Under the pieces are notes generated by a model, which saw nothing but the letters and a program-made list of their open reading frames with translations, searched no databases and was not told the DNA's origin. DNA of 64,000 nucleotides from Octopus sinensis. Taxonomy: Eukaryota. The translations under genes were made by a program, and so were the position numbers. This document shows positions 35,070 to 49,110 of this stretch, piece after piece. Position 1 is the stretch's first letter. Each line of letters starts with the position of its first letter. The stretch is from contig NC_043014.1 in the NCBI RefSeq assembly GCF_006345805.1, forward strand, positions 15,810,001 to 15,874,000, given 5' to 3'.

Positions 35070-35385
35070 AGCATGTATATAAATACATAGTGAAACTAAT
35101 TGAAATTAAAACCATATAATAGTGAAACTATTATATCACATTACAATAGAGATATTGTTTCACTTTTGACATGTAATACCAGAACAGAGTAGGCGATATG
35201 AGATTGCTCCGGGCTCACATTAGGCAAAAGGTTGCAAATGTTTTGGGCCCATGACACGCCATGGACCCTAAGTAAGGTGTGTGTAACATTTGAATGAAAT
35301 TGGTTGGGTAGTTCTCGATTTTTAGTGATGCACACACACACACATTCTCATTTTTTATATAGAGAGATATATGATATATATGTAC

Positions 35386-35418
<33 letters not shown>

Positions 35419-35853
35419 TGTATGTATGTATGTATGCATGTATCTGTGTGTGTCTTTATGTCTGTGTTTGTCCCCCTCATTGCTTGACAATTGGTGTGTA
35501 TTTATATTCCCATAACTTAGCAGTTTGGCAAAAGAGACTGATAGGCTTTAAAAAAAAAAGTCTTGGGGTCGATTTGTTCAACTAAAAAAACTCTTCGTGA
35601 TGGTGCCCCAGCATGGCCACAGTCAAAATGACTGAAATAAGTAAAAGATAAAAGGTAGGTGCAGATATGACTGTATGGTTAAAAAGCTCCTTTGCAGCCA
35701 CATGGTTTTGGGTTCAGTCCCACTGCACAACACCTTGGGCAAGTGTCTTTTATTATAGCCCTGGGTTGATTAATGCTTTGTGAGGAAATTTGGTAGGTGG
35801 AAACTGCTTACATGGCTACTGGACACAACCAAAAGACTAAAACAGTGTGTCTG

Positions 35854-35934
<81 letters not shown>

Positions 35935-35954
35935 TTATCTATCTATCTATCTGT

Positions 35955-36042
<88 letters not shown>

Positions 36043-36062
36043 CTATTCTATCTATCTATCTA

Positions 36063-36135
<73 letters not shown>

Positions 36136-37421
36136 GTCAGTCTGTCTGTCTGTCTGTGTGTCTGTCATTCTGCCTGACTGTCTATCTATCTATCATATGT
36201 GTGTGTGTGTGTCTGTCTATCTGTCTATCTGTCTATCTGTCTATCTATCTGTCTGTCTGTCAGTCTGTATGTCTGTCAATCTGCCTGGTGGTTTTAATTT
36301 CAATTAGTTTCACTATGTATTTATATACATGATTGTCAGTCTATCTATCATGTGTGTGTGTATGTGTGTGTGTGGTGTGTGTGTGCAGGGTGTTTGGGCA
36401 AAATTTTTCATGCCTTCATTTTTCAAGAACAACTTGATGTTTTGGTGAACAGTCAACAGCATTAGAGCATTAGAGAGCATAATGATTGAAGTTATAATTG
36501 AGAAAAAGTTACCTGGCATGGTGGGCTGGAAGCCATCTGAATATTGGAAAAGAGTTGCTTATATCATGATGATTCATACTAGAGAATCAAATTGCAGTAA
36601 GGAATGCATGCACCAGGTTCTGGGGTTGTCTTGAGGCTGAGGAGGATGCTGAGGGCTGCTACTTTGAGTCCCGGTCATCACCTTGCTGGTATTTTTTTAT
36701 TTTATTTTATTAAAATACTTTTATTTTCTGGATGGAATATTGCGTTTTCTATTTTTTAATGCAAACTGTCAAATTTAGCCCAAATACCCAGTATATATAT
36801 ATCCTCATCATCATCATCGTTTAACATGTGCCTGACTGGCCCTCATGCCGGTGGCACATAAAAGCACCTACTACACTCTTGGAGTGGTTGGCGTTAGGAA
36901 GGGCATCCAACTTTAGAAACTCTGCCAGATCAACATTGGAGCCTGGTGCAGCCATCTGGTTCGCCAGTCCTCAGTCAAATCATCAAACCTATGCTAGCAT
37001 GAAAATATATATATGCATAGGTGTGGCTGTGTGATAAGTAGCTTGCTTACGAACCACATGGTTCTAGGTTCAGTCCCATTGCATGACACCTTGGGCAAAT
37101 GTCTTCTACTATAGCCTCGGGCCGAACAAAGCCTTGTGAGTGGATTTGGCAGATGGAAACTGATAGAAGCCCATTGTATATATGTGTATATATATATATA
37201 TTTATATATATATATATATGTATGTATGTATGTATGTGTGTGTATATGTTTGTCTATGTTTGTCCCCCCACCTCCAACATCACTTAACAACCGATTGAAC
37301 AAGTACTGGGCTTACAAAGAATAAGTCCTGGGGTTGATTTGCTCGACTAAAGGCGGTGCTCTAGCATGGCCACAGTCAAATGACTGAAACAAGTAAAAGA
37401 GTAAAAGAATATATATATATA

Positions 37422-38192
37422 TATCAGGTTGAGTAAAGTTAGCAATGTTTTGAACTATGAGAGAATTTGTACTGGATTTTTGCAGAGTTTTGAATTTTTC
37501 TAAAACATTTTTTAAAAAATTGTCTGATAATACAGACATAGACTTGTCCAAATGCATCAATAAATTAACATTGATATTTTTATTTTGCTATTATTACAAT
37601 CATCTGAAATGGAACTGTCAAACACAGTATTCAAGCAATTTTGCTATTCAACATGAAAAAAAGGACATAAAGCAGGTAAAACTGCTTGCAATATCAACAA
37701 AACAGTTGGTGAGGAAATGGCTAGTGAGTGGTTGGCTTGAAAATGGTTTAAACAATTTTGCGGTGGAGACCCAAGCCTTGAAGATGTGAACCTAGTGGAC
37801 GCCCATTTGTCATCGATGATGGTCAATTAAAGACCGTCATTGAGAAAGATCCACATAAAAACACTCAAGAACTGGCAAAAGAACTTCATGTTAGCCAGAA
37901 AACTGCCTACAACCATTTGCATGTCATCAAACCATAAAAAAAGCTCGACAAATGGGTGCCACACGATTTGAGTGAAAATAAGAAAATGTGCAGATATGAA
38001 ATTTGCTCGTCGCTTCTTCTCCATAACCAGACCAATCCATTTCTCAACAGTATTGTAACTTGCGATGAAAATTGGGTTCTGTACAATAATAAAAAATGTT
38101 CTTCACAGTGGTTGGACCAAAATGAAGCACAGAAAACCTTCCCTAAACCCAAGCTCTTCAAAATGAAGGTTATGGTGACTGCTTGGTGATGT
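37422..38192 (+). mobile_element. Mariner transposon, 5' half (3'-truncated, frameshifted)
   Basis: TIR-like start TATCAGGTTG after (TA)n. Transposase motifs KKLDKWVPHDL and IVTCDENW..KPKL..KVMVTAW. Confidence 0.92.
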
Positions 38193-39999
38193 AATTTCTG
38201 AAAACTTTATTAAAAAAAACTGAAAATGTAGCTTATGTTGTGTCTGTATCAAAAGATAGTTGCTCATCTGCTAATCATTGAAAAGTGAAGGAAATTGGAA
38301 TACAATGATTACCTAATGAATTTTATATATCATAAGAAACATTTGACAGAATGTGAAATAATGTTTTTTTTTTGGAACAGTGGATCTTGAAGCATATAAA
38401 GCTATAAATAGTACTTTTTTTCCTCTAGGTACAAGGCTTGAAATTTTATGCGAGGGCTCTTCTCAATTACATCGACCCCAATTTTCAACAGGTACTTATT
38501 TTATCGACCCCTACCCCAGCACACACACACACAACACACACACACACACACACACATACACATAACACACACACACACCACACAAAAAAAGGATGAAAAG
38601 CAAAATTGACCTCAGGGAAATTTTAACTCAGAACTGTCATGACTTCTGTCATGTCTTCAGATGTGGTTCAAGTCCCACGGGCAGCCTTCGACTTTTTCTG
38701 TACAAAATGGTTTTTCCATCCCAATGTTTATATGCTATTGTTTATAACTCTATGTGCTTCAAGATCCACTGTTCCCATAAACAGAATATGTATGTATGTT
38801 TGTATGTATGTATGTATGTATGTATGTGTGTGTGTGTGTGTGTGTGTATGCATGCATGCATGTATGTATGAGTGTGTGTGTGCACACGTGCATATGTGCA
38901 TGTGTGTATGTATGTGCTTGTGGTGAGGTGCAAGTGCCTGTGTGAATGTTTGCACTCCATGTTTGCACTATGGATGGTGTAATTTGTTGACATTTCCTGT
39001 GAGCAAATTATCTGACTGTTCTGTGCTTTTTTGGGTGATAAATGGAATGAAAAGTTCTTTACTTGTAAAACAGGTTAGGATTAGCAACAAGAAAAGCATT
39101 CAGCTGTGAAACAATTCCTCTTTAGCATGTATTCATCTCACCCATGCTGACATAAAAAAAAATTACTTAAAACAAATGAACAGATAAATGAAAATACAGT
39201 AATATACACGAGTAGGCATATGAGTGATACACAATAATGTATGTATACAAGTAGGGTGTGATTTGGGGAAGATTCGGCTGCTATTTTGGCAGACTGCGTG
39301 ATCATGTAGAACTGGTGTGGGGGATTACATGTACACAAAGGCTTAGGGTGAGGCATAAGACACAGAGAATGATGGGAATAGAACCAAGGGAAAAGAAATA
39401 GGATAAAAGGGTTAGGTTATATTCTGAGAAAGGAAGAAAATGACTGGGTCTAGGTGAGTGATCAAAGGAGTGATGTACAAAGATTTAAGAAAGAAGATCA
39501 ATAAACACACAACTAAAGATAGTGAGGGAAGAAATGAAGGGAAGAAGATTTTTTGAGGGGGACAAAATAAATTGAGAAGATTGACTCCAATACTTATTTT
39601 TCTATCATTCCTTGTTTGTTGAACTCTAAAGTTACAGCATATAAACACACACAAATACATACACGCATATATGTATATATACTCATCATTCATTTTTATA
39701 CTTTTTGAGATCTAGTTATATGTTTTAGAAAAATATATATTAATGATAATAATAATGAAATTATTGTATACAGTGCTCAGATGCACCACAACTTGTCAGA
39801 GAGTGCATATAAAGTACATGCAGTAATGTAGAAATGTCTGGAAAGCGAACAATGTATGAGTCAGATACATGCTTGTGTGTATGGAGGAGTTGTTATATAT
39901 GGTTTGGTTTATGTCTATCACTGTTTGAGTTGCATAATAGTGGTTTTATCTCTAATTTATATATTATATGCATATATAGATATATATATGTACATACCT

Positions 40000-40270
40000 A
40001 CATATGATGGCAATCCCTCAAGGTCGAGGACGATGGTCTTCGTGCAAATTTACTGGTGAGTCTGTAGGTGACCGATAAGACCAATTCTTGCTTGAAAAGA
40101 TCGGTCGCAGTGCGGACATCTAGTGTCGGAAGGGAGAGTCGCACGTGGTTGTTGTTGGCACTCCTTCCGTCGTCGTCTTTTCTCCTCCAGCTCTGCAGAC
40201 CTTTTCGACTCGAAAGTCGTCGTTCCCTCATGGATGGTGGTTTTCCAGAGTGGTCTGGGAGGAAACGGCA
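40000..40270 (-). mobile_element. RTE-BovB-like LINE 3' end
   Basis: FESKRSAELEEKRRRRK..RCPHCDRSFQARIGLIGHLQTH (C2H2 finger) plus a short 3' UTR. Confidence 0.88.
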
Positions 40271-40759
40271 AAAAACCTACATATATATGCATATATACAT
40301 GCATATATGGGTACAGGACATCAAAAAAACATAGACAGAATTAGAAACAAGAACATAAAAACCAAAAACATAGAAAACTAACATTTTTCGAACAATGATA
40401 AAAACAAACAAATAGAGAAATGTGACATGCAACATAAAGAATATTCTCTTCATCAGTTGTCCCTTGTTTTATCTACTCTCCGTTTCGATTATATATATAA
40501 TCATCATTTATATATATAATCATCATCTTCCATGCTAGCATTAGGATCCAATGAGCCAAAGAACTGGATCAAGCTCTAAAATATGTCTTAACTTGGTTTC
40601 TATAGCTGGATGCCCTTCCTCATGCCAACTACTTTACAGAGTTATGGGATGCTTTTTTCTCATGGCACCAGCATTAGTGAGATCACCAAGCAACTTGGAA
40701 GACTACTACCTCTTTAATGAGTGGGGTTGTAGTAGAGAGAGAGAGAGAGAGAGAGAAAG

Positions 40760-41370
40760 AGAGCTTTACACTGGGTGTTTGAGAAGCGAAAGTATGATAG
40801 GACAGGAACACATGTCTTACTATGAAGGAAATATATAGCTACCCTGCATGATATAGGGGTAGGCGAAAGTAGCCAGGAAGAAGATAATAATATTGGTTGA
40901 TGAGGTGCCAGGGTGTACCTTCTAGATTCAAGAAAGTGAGTATAAGAGTGAATATGGATAGAGGCTTGGAAAGGGTGGGAAAATAAGTTCATTAGAGTGT
41001 GTAAAGAGAGAGGCAGATATTTAGAGATGGATGTAGTGGTGGATGTGAAGAATGAAACAAGGATGGATTGTGGTCAATGGTAAATATCAGTATGAAAGGT
41101 GAAAGAAATAGGATTGACTCAGGAAGGTGGTGATAAGTGGCAGCACAGGAAGGGTGGAGGAGAGCAGCATAATAAACCTGTGGAGATATCAGAAAAAAGG
41201 AAATTATGAGTAGGGTAAGGGAGTAAGAGGTGAGAGAGCTGAGAGGTCTACAGTGACAGAGATGGATGTAAGAAGCATGTAGGGGTGATTATAGGGAGTG
41301 GGGGAATAAAGGTTGGGGTGGAGGCTATCTATGGCAGATAAGAGAGGATGGTAAATATGAGGTGTAGTAG
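40760..41370 (-). mobile_element. Possible very old LINE RT remnant
   Basis: Minus strand NLEGTP.. near 40930 could be a decayed GTPQG motif; otherwise heavily eroded. Confidence 0.25.
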
Positions 41371-43630
41371 AAAATTACTATTTTTAAATCTTGCAAGGTT
41401 AGATATTCAGCAACAGTACTTTGTAGTAAAGATTGTTTGCCAACATAACATGGCAGTCCTGGTTTAGGACTAATGTTGCTGTAATTTAGCCCCAGGAGAC
41501 ATCGTCTCCAGCTGGCTACATGACACGATCTGTGTCCTTATATTTTCGAACAAGGGAATAGTATAGTAGTACTAAGAAGTAGCTCACAGGAGAGGGAAAG
41601 ATAACTGGAAGCACAGAAAGATCAGTGGAAAATAAAGTGGGATGTTATTTGAGAATGTGAAATTGATTTTTAAAGGGAAGTTCCAGACGGGGGGTGGGGG
41701 CTGGAAGTAGAAAGGGGTGATGGGATATGTGCAGATTCTGTTGTCATATGATTAAATTTCCTCAGTTTTTCCTTTCATTTCATTTCACTTGCAAGGCATT
41801 AATTGACCAGAAATTATAATAGAAGTCACTTGCCCCAGGTGCCATGTAGCAGTAACTCCTACATGGCAGCTGAAACCCCATGGCTGCAAAGTAAACTTTT
41901 TAACTACACACCCATGTTATACTCTTTTACTTGTTTCAGTTATTTGACTGCAGCCATGCTGGAGCACTGCCTTAAAGGGTTTTTAGTTGAACAAATTGAT
42001 CCTAGGACTTATTTCTTAAGCCTAGTACTTATTCTATCTGTCTCTTTTGCCAAACCACTAAGTTATGGGGATATAAATACACCAACACCAGTTGGGAAGC
42101 AGTGATGGGGTGACAAACACTGACACAAAGACACACACACACACACATATTTATGATGGGCTTCTTTCAGTTTCCGCCTACCAAATCCACTCACAAGGCT
42201 TTGGTTGGAATAGGGTTATAGTAGAAGACACTTGCCCAAGATGTCATGTAGTAGGACTGAACCTGGAATCATGTGATTGGGAAGCGGGCTTCTTACCACA
42301 CAGCTGCACCTAATATTTCACATCAACTCAGGCAGAAAGCTGGCAGAATCACTAACACCTTGGACAAAATGCTTAGCAGCATTTTTTCCAGCTCTTTACA
42401 TTCTGAGTTCAAATCCTGCCAAGGTAAACTTTGCTTTCATTCCTTCGGGATCTGTTTTTTATAATTACTCATAAAGGGCCAATATAGCAGGGATCATTCC
42501 TTCAGGATTGATAAAATAAAGCATCGGTCAATCACCGAGGCTGATGTTTTTAACTGCACCTTCCCCTCAAAAATACTGTTCTTGTGCTGAAATTAGAGAG
42601 AAAATATTTTGTATGAACTGGAGAACCTCCGCAGAAAGTATCTATTTTTTATTCTTTAATGTAAATTGCAGTAATGATAACTTTAAAACATGTAAATCTA
42701 TGAAGCCAATTTGTATACGACTGATGTTCTTCATATCAAACATTGTTAGTTTTACAAACTTGTGATCCAAACTTCAAAGCTTTTGAAAATAGATCAGCAG
42801 AAAATGCTAAGCCATTCCATTCTTGTCAATCTAGATTAACTCTTCCTCAAGAGATGGAAAAAAAGAAATTAAAAAATCAAAACTTGTTGTGCTTAGCCAT
42901 GTTAGAAATAACTATAATGTAATTTATCCATCAAATAACAGCATTTTTTTCTTTTAAGTTAATTTTTTTTCTGAGTTTTTTTTTAATCTACATAAATCTC
43001 CAGCATAAAAATATTGAAGTATTTTCAAAGATAGAAATAATAATACAAAATATTTTCATTTTTAGAGGGACATGAAAAAAAAAAGAGAAGAATCTTCTGT
43101 TTCAATTTACGATAATTTTACAAATTATATAACTGCTGAATTCAAACCAGTTATAACACTTGTAAATCAGCAACCGTTTTGGCAATCAATAGCAAGCTAT
43201 AAATATCAACCACAACCATTAAATAATTTTGCTCGTTCACATATTCCAGTTCATATTCAAGACTGCTTCCTTTCACACTTGACAATTGTTTTAAAGATAT
43301 ATGGAAAAAAAAAAAAGACAAAAATGTTTGCAGTTATTTTGCTAGTCACTGGCGAGTTATTTCCCTTACATCGTCTTCATTCTCTGTATAAAATTTTATA
43401 ACAATATTTTTCTTCCCCAATTCAAAACCGTCATCGCACTTGCCGGATACATAAGTATCGGCTTGTTTGGCTGAACATGTGTAATTTATATCATGTCACT
43501 GGACTGTTTTACTATCACTGTACGGATAAAATAATGAATTCTTCCTTTTTCACTCATGTGACAAAAGAACAGGTAAGAAAACATGGATACGTCATGGGGT
43601 CCATACAGTGTTCCATCATTTATAGGTTCT

Positions 43631-43670
<40 letters not shown>

Positions 43671-43830
43671 TCATCATCATCATCATCGTTTAACGTCCGT
43701 TTTCCGCGCTAGCACGGGTTGGACGGTTTGACCGGGGTCTGGGAAGCCAGGGGCTGCACCAGGCTCCAGTCTAATCTGGCAGTGTTTCTACAGCTGGATG
43801 CCCTTCCTAACGCCAACCACTCCATATATA

Positions 43831-43871
<41 letters not shown>

Positions 43872-44129
43872 CATCATCATCATCATCATCATCGTTTAAC
43901 GTCCGCTTTCCATGCTAGCATAGGTTGGACAATATATATATATATATGTAAACAGGTGTTGATAGAATTTAAGATGTAAAAATATTTCAAAGATTCAGCC
44001 TGGGTCTTATATAGGAAGATGGGCTTTCAGTAAGATTTAATGCACTTAAAACTGTTTTTCCTGAATACACATTGCTGAAATTGAGGTGCATCTAATATGC
44101 CCATGCATCTTTTATGCTATGAAATACTC

Positions 44130-44181
<52 letters not shown>

Positions 44182-44466
44182 GAGACAATATATATTGCAT
44201 ACGTGATATATAATATAGGGTTATATACATATATATATGTGTGAGTTTGTGTGTGTGTATGTATGTGTGTGTATGTATGTATGTATGTATACATATATAT
44301 ATATATATATATATATTGAGAGAGATAGAGAGAGAGATTATGTTTTGTTCTGTTAGAAACATGGTAGAGTACAGTGTAAAGCTCATCCACCTTCAGAATT
44401 ACCAAGTACTATCGGTAGTATTATTATATACTTTCAAGTTTAAATTTGGGTATTTGTCATGTGTGA

Positions 44467-45552
44467 ATATAAAGTTGAAGAAATTGGAGTCAGGAAGGAG
44501 TATGGTTGGACATTTATTTATTATTCCCTACAACTGTTTCGACACAACGTAGTTCTCCAACAATACAAGTATTTGATTATGCAACTGTTTGCTTGCCTAA
44601 TGAGATCTAATGTTTCCTCAGCAATATACAAGTGTTGTGGATCTTTTCTTTTTGATAGACGAATTTTCTAGTTAACAAAAAAATTTGAAACTTCGTATAC
44701 TGGTAGAATGTGTCAAAAGAAAACATTATTGTAATCCGTAAGTCAGGGATGACATTGAAATAAACATGGGAGAAGCCTTTTCGGTAAAAAAAAATAAAGA
44801 AAATATTCAAAAAATATCGTTAATATTTTTATTGGGCAATGAAATTCATCGATTTAAGAGATATAGCTGTTATTTCTAGCACATGCAGAAGACAGAAGTG
44901 ACAAGGATGAATAACACGTGTGCGTGTGTGTGTGTGTGCTGTTTACTTAGACGCAGCAAATGAATTGAGCTCAAATGCTGGGATTTCATTGGTTAAAATC
45001 GAAGAATTAAACTACGTTAAACTTACAAATTACAATTTTGTTTTCAATTTTGTTTACAATAATGTTTTCTTTTGACACATTCTACCAGTATACGAAGTTT
45101 CAAATTGTTTAGTTAACTAGAAAATTCCGTCCATCAAAAAGAAAAGATCCAGTGTTGTCTCCATTAGTTTAAAATCTTCTACTTCCAGGCCATCTTCTCT
45201 GTTTGTCATGGTTTGAATTTATTAGTAGCTCGCTTACACATGGTGCATGCTATAAGAGCACATTTGTCAAGTGCCTGACAAGCATGCTCTTGGGGCACAC
45301 ACCCTGTGTATGCAAGCCACTAATAAATTCAAACCACAACAAACAGAGAAAATAGCCTTGAAGTAGAAGATTTTAAACTAATGGAGACAATACTCATACG
45401 TTGTCTGAGGAAACACAACTAGACCTCATTATGCAAATAAGCAGTTGCATAATCAAGTACTTGTATACTTGGAGGACTACGTTGCATTGAAACAATTGTA
45501 GTAAATAATAAATGAATGTCCAACTGTAATCCCTCTTTCCCACTTCAATTTC

Positions 45553-45555
<3 letters not shown>
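44467..45555. mobile_element. Fold-back element with ~270-bp inverted arms; a palindromic MITE is nested in the right arm
   Basis: Left arm 44467-44734. Right arm 45054-45150 plus 45395-45555. Nested hairpin 45151-45394. Confidence 0.85.
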
Positions 45556-45583
<28 letters not shown>

Positions 45584-45584
45584 A

Positions 45585-45626
<42 letters not shown>

Positions 45627-45628
<2 letters not shown>

Positions 45629-45808
45629 GAAGGCATGCTGAAAAGCCTCTGGATTTAAGGGTATCATGAAAGGCCTGATTGAAGGCCCAGCCTTCCAAGT
45701 TCTTTTAGAGACCTTAAAAAATCTGAAGGACTGCTGCAATTTGTGTCTGAGAGGGGAATATGTGGAATAAAATCATAATTAACTGACCCTCCTGTATATT
45801 CTTTTACC
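45627..45808 (+). mobile_element. Truncated copy of the mariner-derived MITE
   Basis: ACGAAGGCATGCTGAAAAGCC start after (TA)n. Body matches 56931-57147. Confidence 0.75.
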
Positions 45809-46505
45809 AATATATGTATTATTTATTATATACACATACATACATACATACATACATACATACATACATACATAACATTATGTTTGTAGACACACACAGA
45901 TGCAGACACAGAGTAATTTATTATAATGAGTATGAAGCTAATTGGAAATTGAAGAATAACTCCAGAGTTTAAAGTACAAAATCCATCAGTCTTCACAAAA
46001 GAATAGACCAGATGGCTGTGACATCATTGAATGCACTGAATTATTAAAGCGTTCCTGACAGCCCATGTATATTTGTATCAGATTGAAATTGTTAGATAAA
46101 GAGTCAGAGAAGTAACATTCTTGAATGTGCAGCATGTGTGCTGGAGTGTACCATATATGTATATATGCATACATACATACATACATACATACACACATAC
46201 ACGTACACATACATGCATGCATGCATGCATATATATGATAGTGGTGAACAGTAAGAAGTCTGCTCTATACTGTATCGTGGATAAATACATTCTTTATTTG
46301 TGGAATAACAATGTTAATCCACAAATAAAGAGTATATGCACACACACACACATATATACATACATACATATACATACAAGCACATACATACATATATTGT
46401 TTAATGAACATAGAATATATTTTTATATATACTGTGTTCATTAAACAATATTTCTCTCACCAGAAGGAGAACTTTTTTTTTGTGATCTCACCTTCATAGA
46501 ACAGT

Positions 46506-46540
<35 letters not shown>

Positions 46541-46546
<6 letters not shown>

Positions 46547-46765
46547 ATTCACCATTGCTAAACAGTGATGAAGGGTGCAGAGAACAACAGCAATGCTAGA
46601 AATAAGAGCCAAATAACTCTTTAGCCATAGAAAGCACATTTTCTCTCCCCTGTCAGTAAATAGAAAATGTGCTTTCTGTGGTTAAAGAGTTCTTTGACTC
46701 TTATTTCTAGCAATGCTGGTGGTCCCTGCACCCTTCATCGCTCTTTAACGATGGTGAATTATTTC
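46541..46765. mobile_element. Palindromic MITE-like hairpin (~104-bp arms, 17-nt loop)
   Basis: GAAATAATTCACCAT..GAAAGCACATTTTCT (46541-46644) versus AGAAAATGTGCTTTC..ATGGTGAATTATTTC (46662-46765). Confidence 0.85.
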
Positions 46766-46989
46766 CTTTTTGGTTTTGAATTGCATATATATATGTATAT
46801 ATAGAGAGAGAGGCAGAGACAGAGACCGACAGATAGACAGACATATAGATAGATATGTTTCATTATTGGCCACACAGGGCTAAACACAGAGGGGACAAAA
46901 TACTAAGTAGAGCTTTTCTTTTGGGGAAGAGAAGAAGGAAAAATAGAAAAAAGAAAGAAAAACAAAGGGAGAGTAGAAATTCGATTAAA

Positions 46990-47620
46990 ATGGATCGTTA
47001 AAAAAAAAGGCCAATCAATAGGGATTGTATAATACAGAAATGTATAGTGTAAAATGGGAAACAGATTAGGTTTATCCATGGAAAGAAAAGCCTACAGAAA
47101 AGAGCACGGTAACCTCAGGCAATAATGTCATGCAAAAAGATGCATTACAGTAAGTGACTCTCTTTTTTCCCTTCTTTTTTGTAGAATTATGCTCAAGATG
47201 GCTTTGTCATTCACACGTGCCATCCTTGCTACATTCACCCATCTTTTTTTGAAACATTCACCAGACAAAACTTCCCTCTTATTCAATTTCCTCTTCAAGT
47301 GATACTTGAAGAAGTTGATGAGAGATTCACTAGAGAGAAAAATGTTTGTCTCTAGACCTTTCAGACGCATCCACCAAACACATTCTTTCACCATAACCAC
47401 AAGTATGATGAAAATGGCTCTTCCTTCCTGTTTCAAGGAAGGAGGCGCGACAATATTTATAATAGACTCAGTTGATAAACCAACTCGTCCTACACATGAT
47501 AGCAGTCATTCGACATAGGCTCACAGGTCGGAAATCGTTGGACACTATACGAGTGTGTGCAGAATGGTTTGATCGCTCTGACTGCATCTTGGGCAGGTCG
47601 GACCAAACCAGACCTCACAG
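46990..47620 (-). mobile_element. L1/Tx1-clade LINE 3' end
   Basis: CPRCSQSDQTILHTLV*CP (CCHC knuckle) followed by VKECVWWMRLKGL..FFKYHLKRK..KRWVNVARM and a 3' UTR. Confidence 0.75.
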
Positions 47621-47789
47621 ATCACAAAGCAGTAAATTCAGAATCCAAGCACAACTGGCCAATTATAATAATAATCCTTTCTACTACTACTACAACTACT
47701 ACTAATAATAATAATAATACTCAAGGTTTAAAACAAACATAATTTTTTTTTAGACACTCACTAGTACAACACCCAAAAAAAAAACAAAT

Positions 47790-47902
47790 ATATGGCACAC
47801 TAGGCATAACAACAACATGAACTTCCAACCTGTTGTCTCTTGAGGTCTCTGGGTGAGACTTGGAGCCAACTTGTACAAATATAAAGCAAAAGTCAAACAT
47901 AG

Positions 47903-47933
<31 letters not shown>

Positions 47934-47965
47934 TAATAATAATAATAATGATAATAATAATAATG
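47790..47965 (+). mobile_element. Probable R4/Dong-type 3' terminus with (AAT)n tail
   Basis: TGTCTCTTGAGGTCTCTGGGTGAGACTTGGA followed by a short UTR and (AAT)n, flanked upstream by ACT/AAT repeats. Confidence 0.45.
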
Positions 47966-49110
47966 GTTTCAAATTTTGCCACAAGGGCAACAATTTGGGA
48001 GGAGGGGTAAGTCAATTACATAGATCCCAGTACGCAACTGGTACTTATTTTATCAACTCTGAAAGGATGAAAGTCAAAGTCAACCTCAGCGAAATTTGAA
48101 CTCAGAATGTAAAGATGGACAAAATGCTGCTAAGCATTCCATCTGCTGTGCTAAGGATTCTGCCAGCTCATTGCCTTATAAATATTATGGCATATTGATT
48201 TCAAATTTTTAGCACAAGGCCAGCAGTTTCAGAGGAAGGGGTAAGTTGATTACATCAGCCCCCAGTGCAAAACTGGTATTTATTTCATTGATCCTAAAAG
48301 GATGGAAGGAAAAGCCAACCTTGATAGAATTTTGAGCTCAGAATGTAGTGATGGACGAATTACCACTAAACATTTTTTCCAGCTTGCTAATGATTCTGCC
48401 ATCTTGCCACCTTAATTAATAATAATAATAATAATTCTTTCAACTATAGACACAAGGCTAGTCAATTACATCAACCCCCAGGACTCAAGTGGTACTTATT
48501 TTATGAACCCTGAAAGGATGAAAGGTAAAGTTGACCTTGGCAGAATTTGAACTCAGAATGTACAGATGGATGAAATACCACTAAACATTTTGCTCATCAT
48601 GCTAATGGCTCTGCCAACTCACCGCCCTATTAAATAATAACAATAATAATTCTTTTTGCTATAGGCACAAGGCCTTAAATTTGTGGGGAGGGTACTAGTT
48701 GATTACATCAACCCCAGTGTTTCACTGGTACTTAATTTATTGAAAGGATGAAGGTAAAGTTGACCTCGGTGGAATTAGAACTCAGAACATAGCGACAGGT
48801 GAAATACTGCTAAGCATTTCATCCAGTATGCTAACAATTCTGCCAGCTCCCTGTCCTATTAAATAATAGTAATAATAATTATTATAATAATAATGGTTTC
48901 AAATTTTGCCACAAGGGCAACAATTTTGGGGGAGAGGATGAGTTGATTACATTGACCCTAGTCTTCAACAGGTACTTATTTCATCGACCCCAAAAGGATG
49001 AAAAGCAAAGTCGACCTTGGTGGAATTTGAACTCAGAACATAGCAACAGGTAAAATTCCATTAAGCATTTTGTCCAGCATGCTAACAATTCTACCAGCTT
49101 GCCGCCTTAA
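47965..49110 (-). mobile_element. Head-to-tail array of five family-D SINE copies separated by (AAT)n
   Basis: Units at ~47965-48178, 48197-48413, 48436-48629, 48651-48857, 48895-49108. Confidence 0.9.

Noticed and set aside
47965-49110. Regularly spaced repeats that could suggest a CRISPR-like array
   Set aside because: The units are ~200-bp SINEs with microsatellite spacers in eukaryotic DNA; no short constant repeats and no cas genes.
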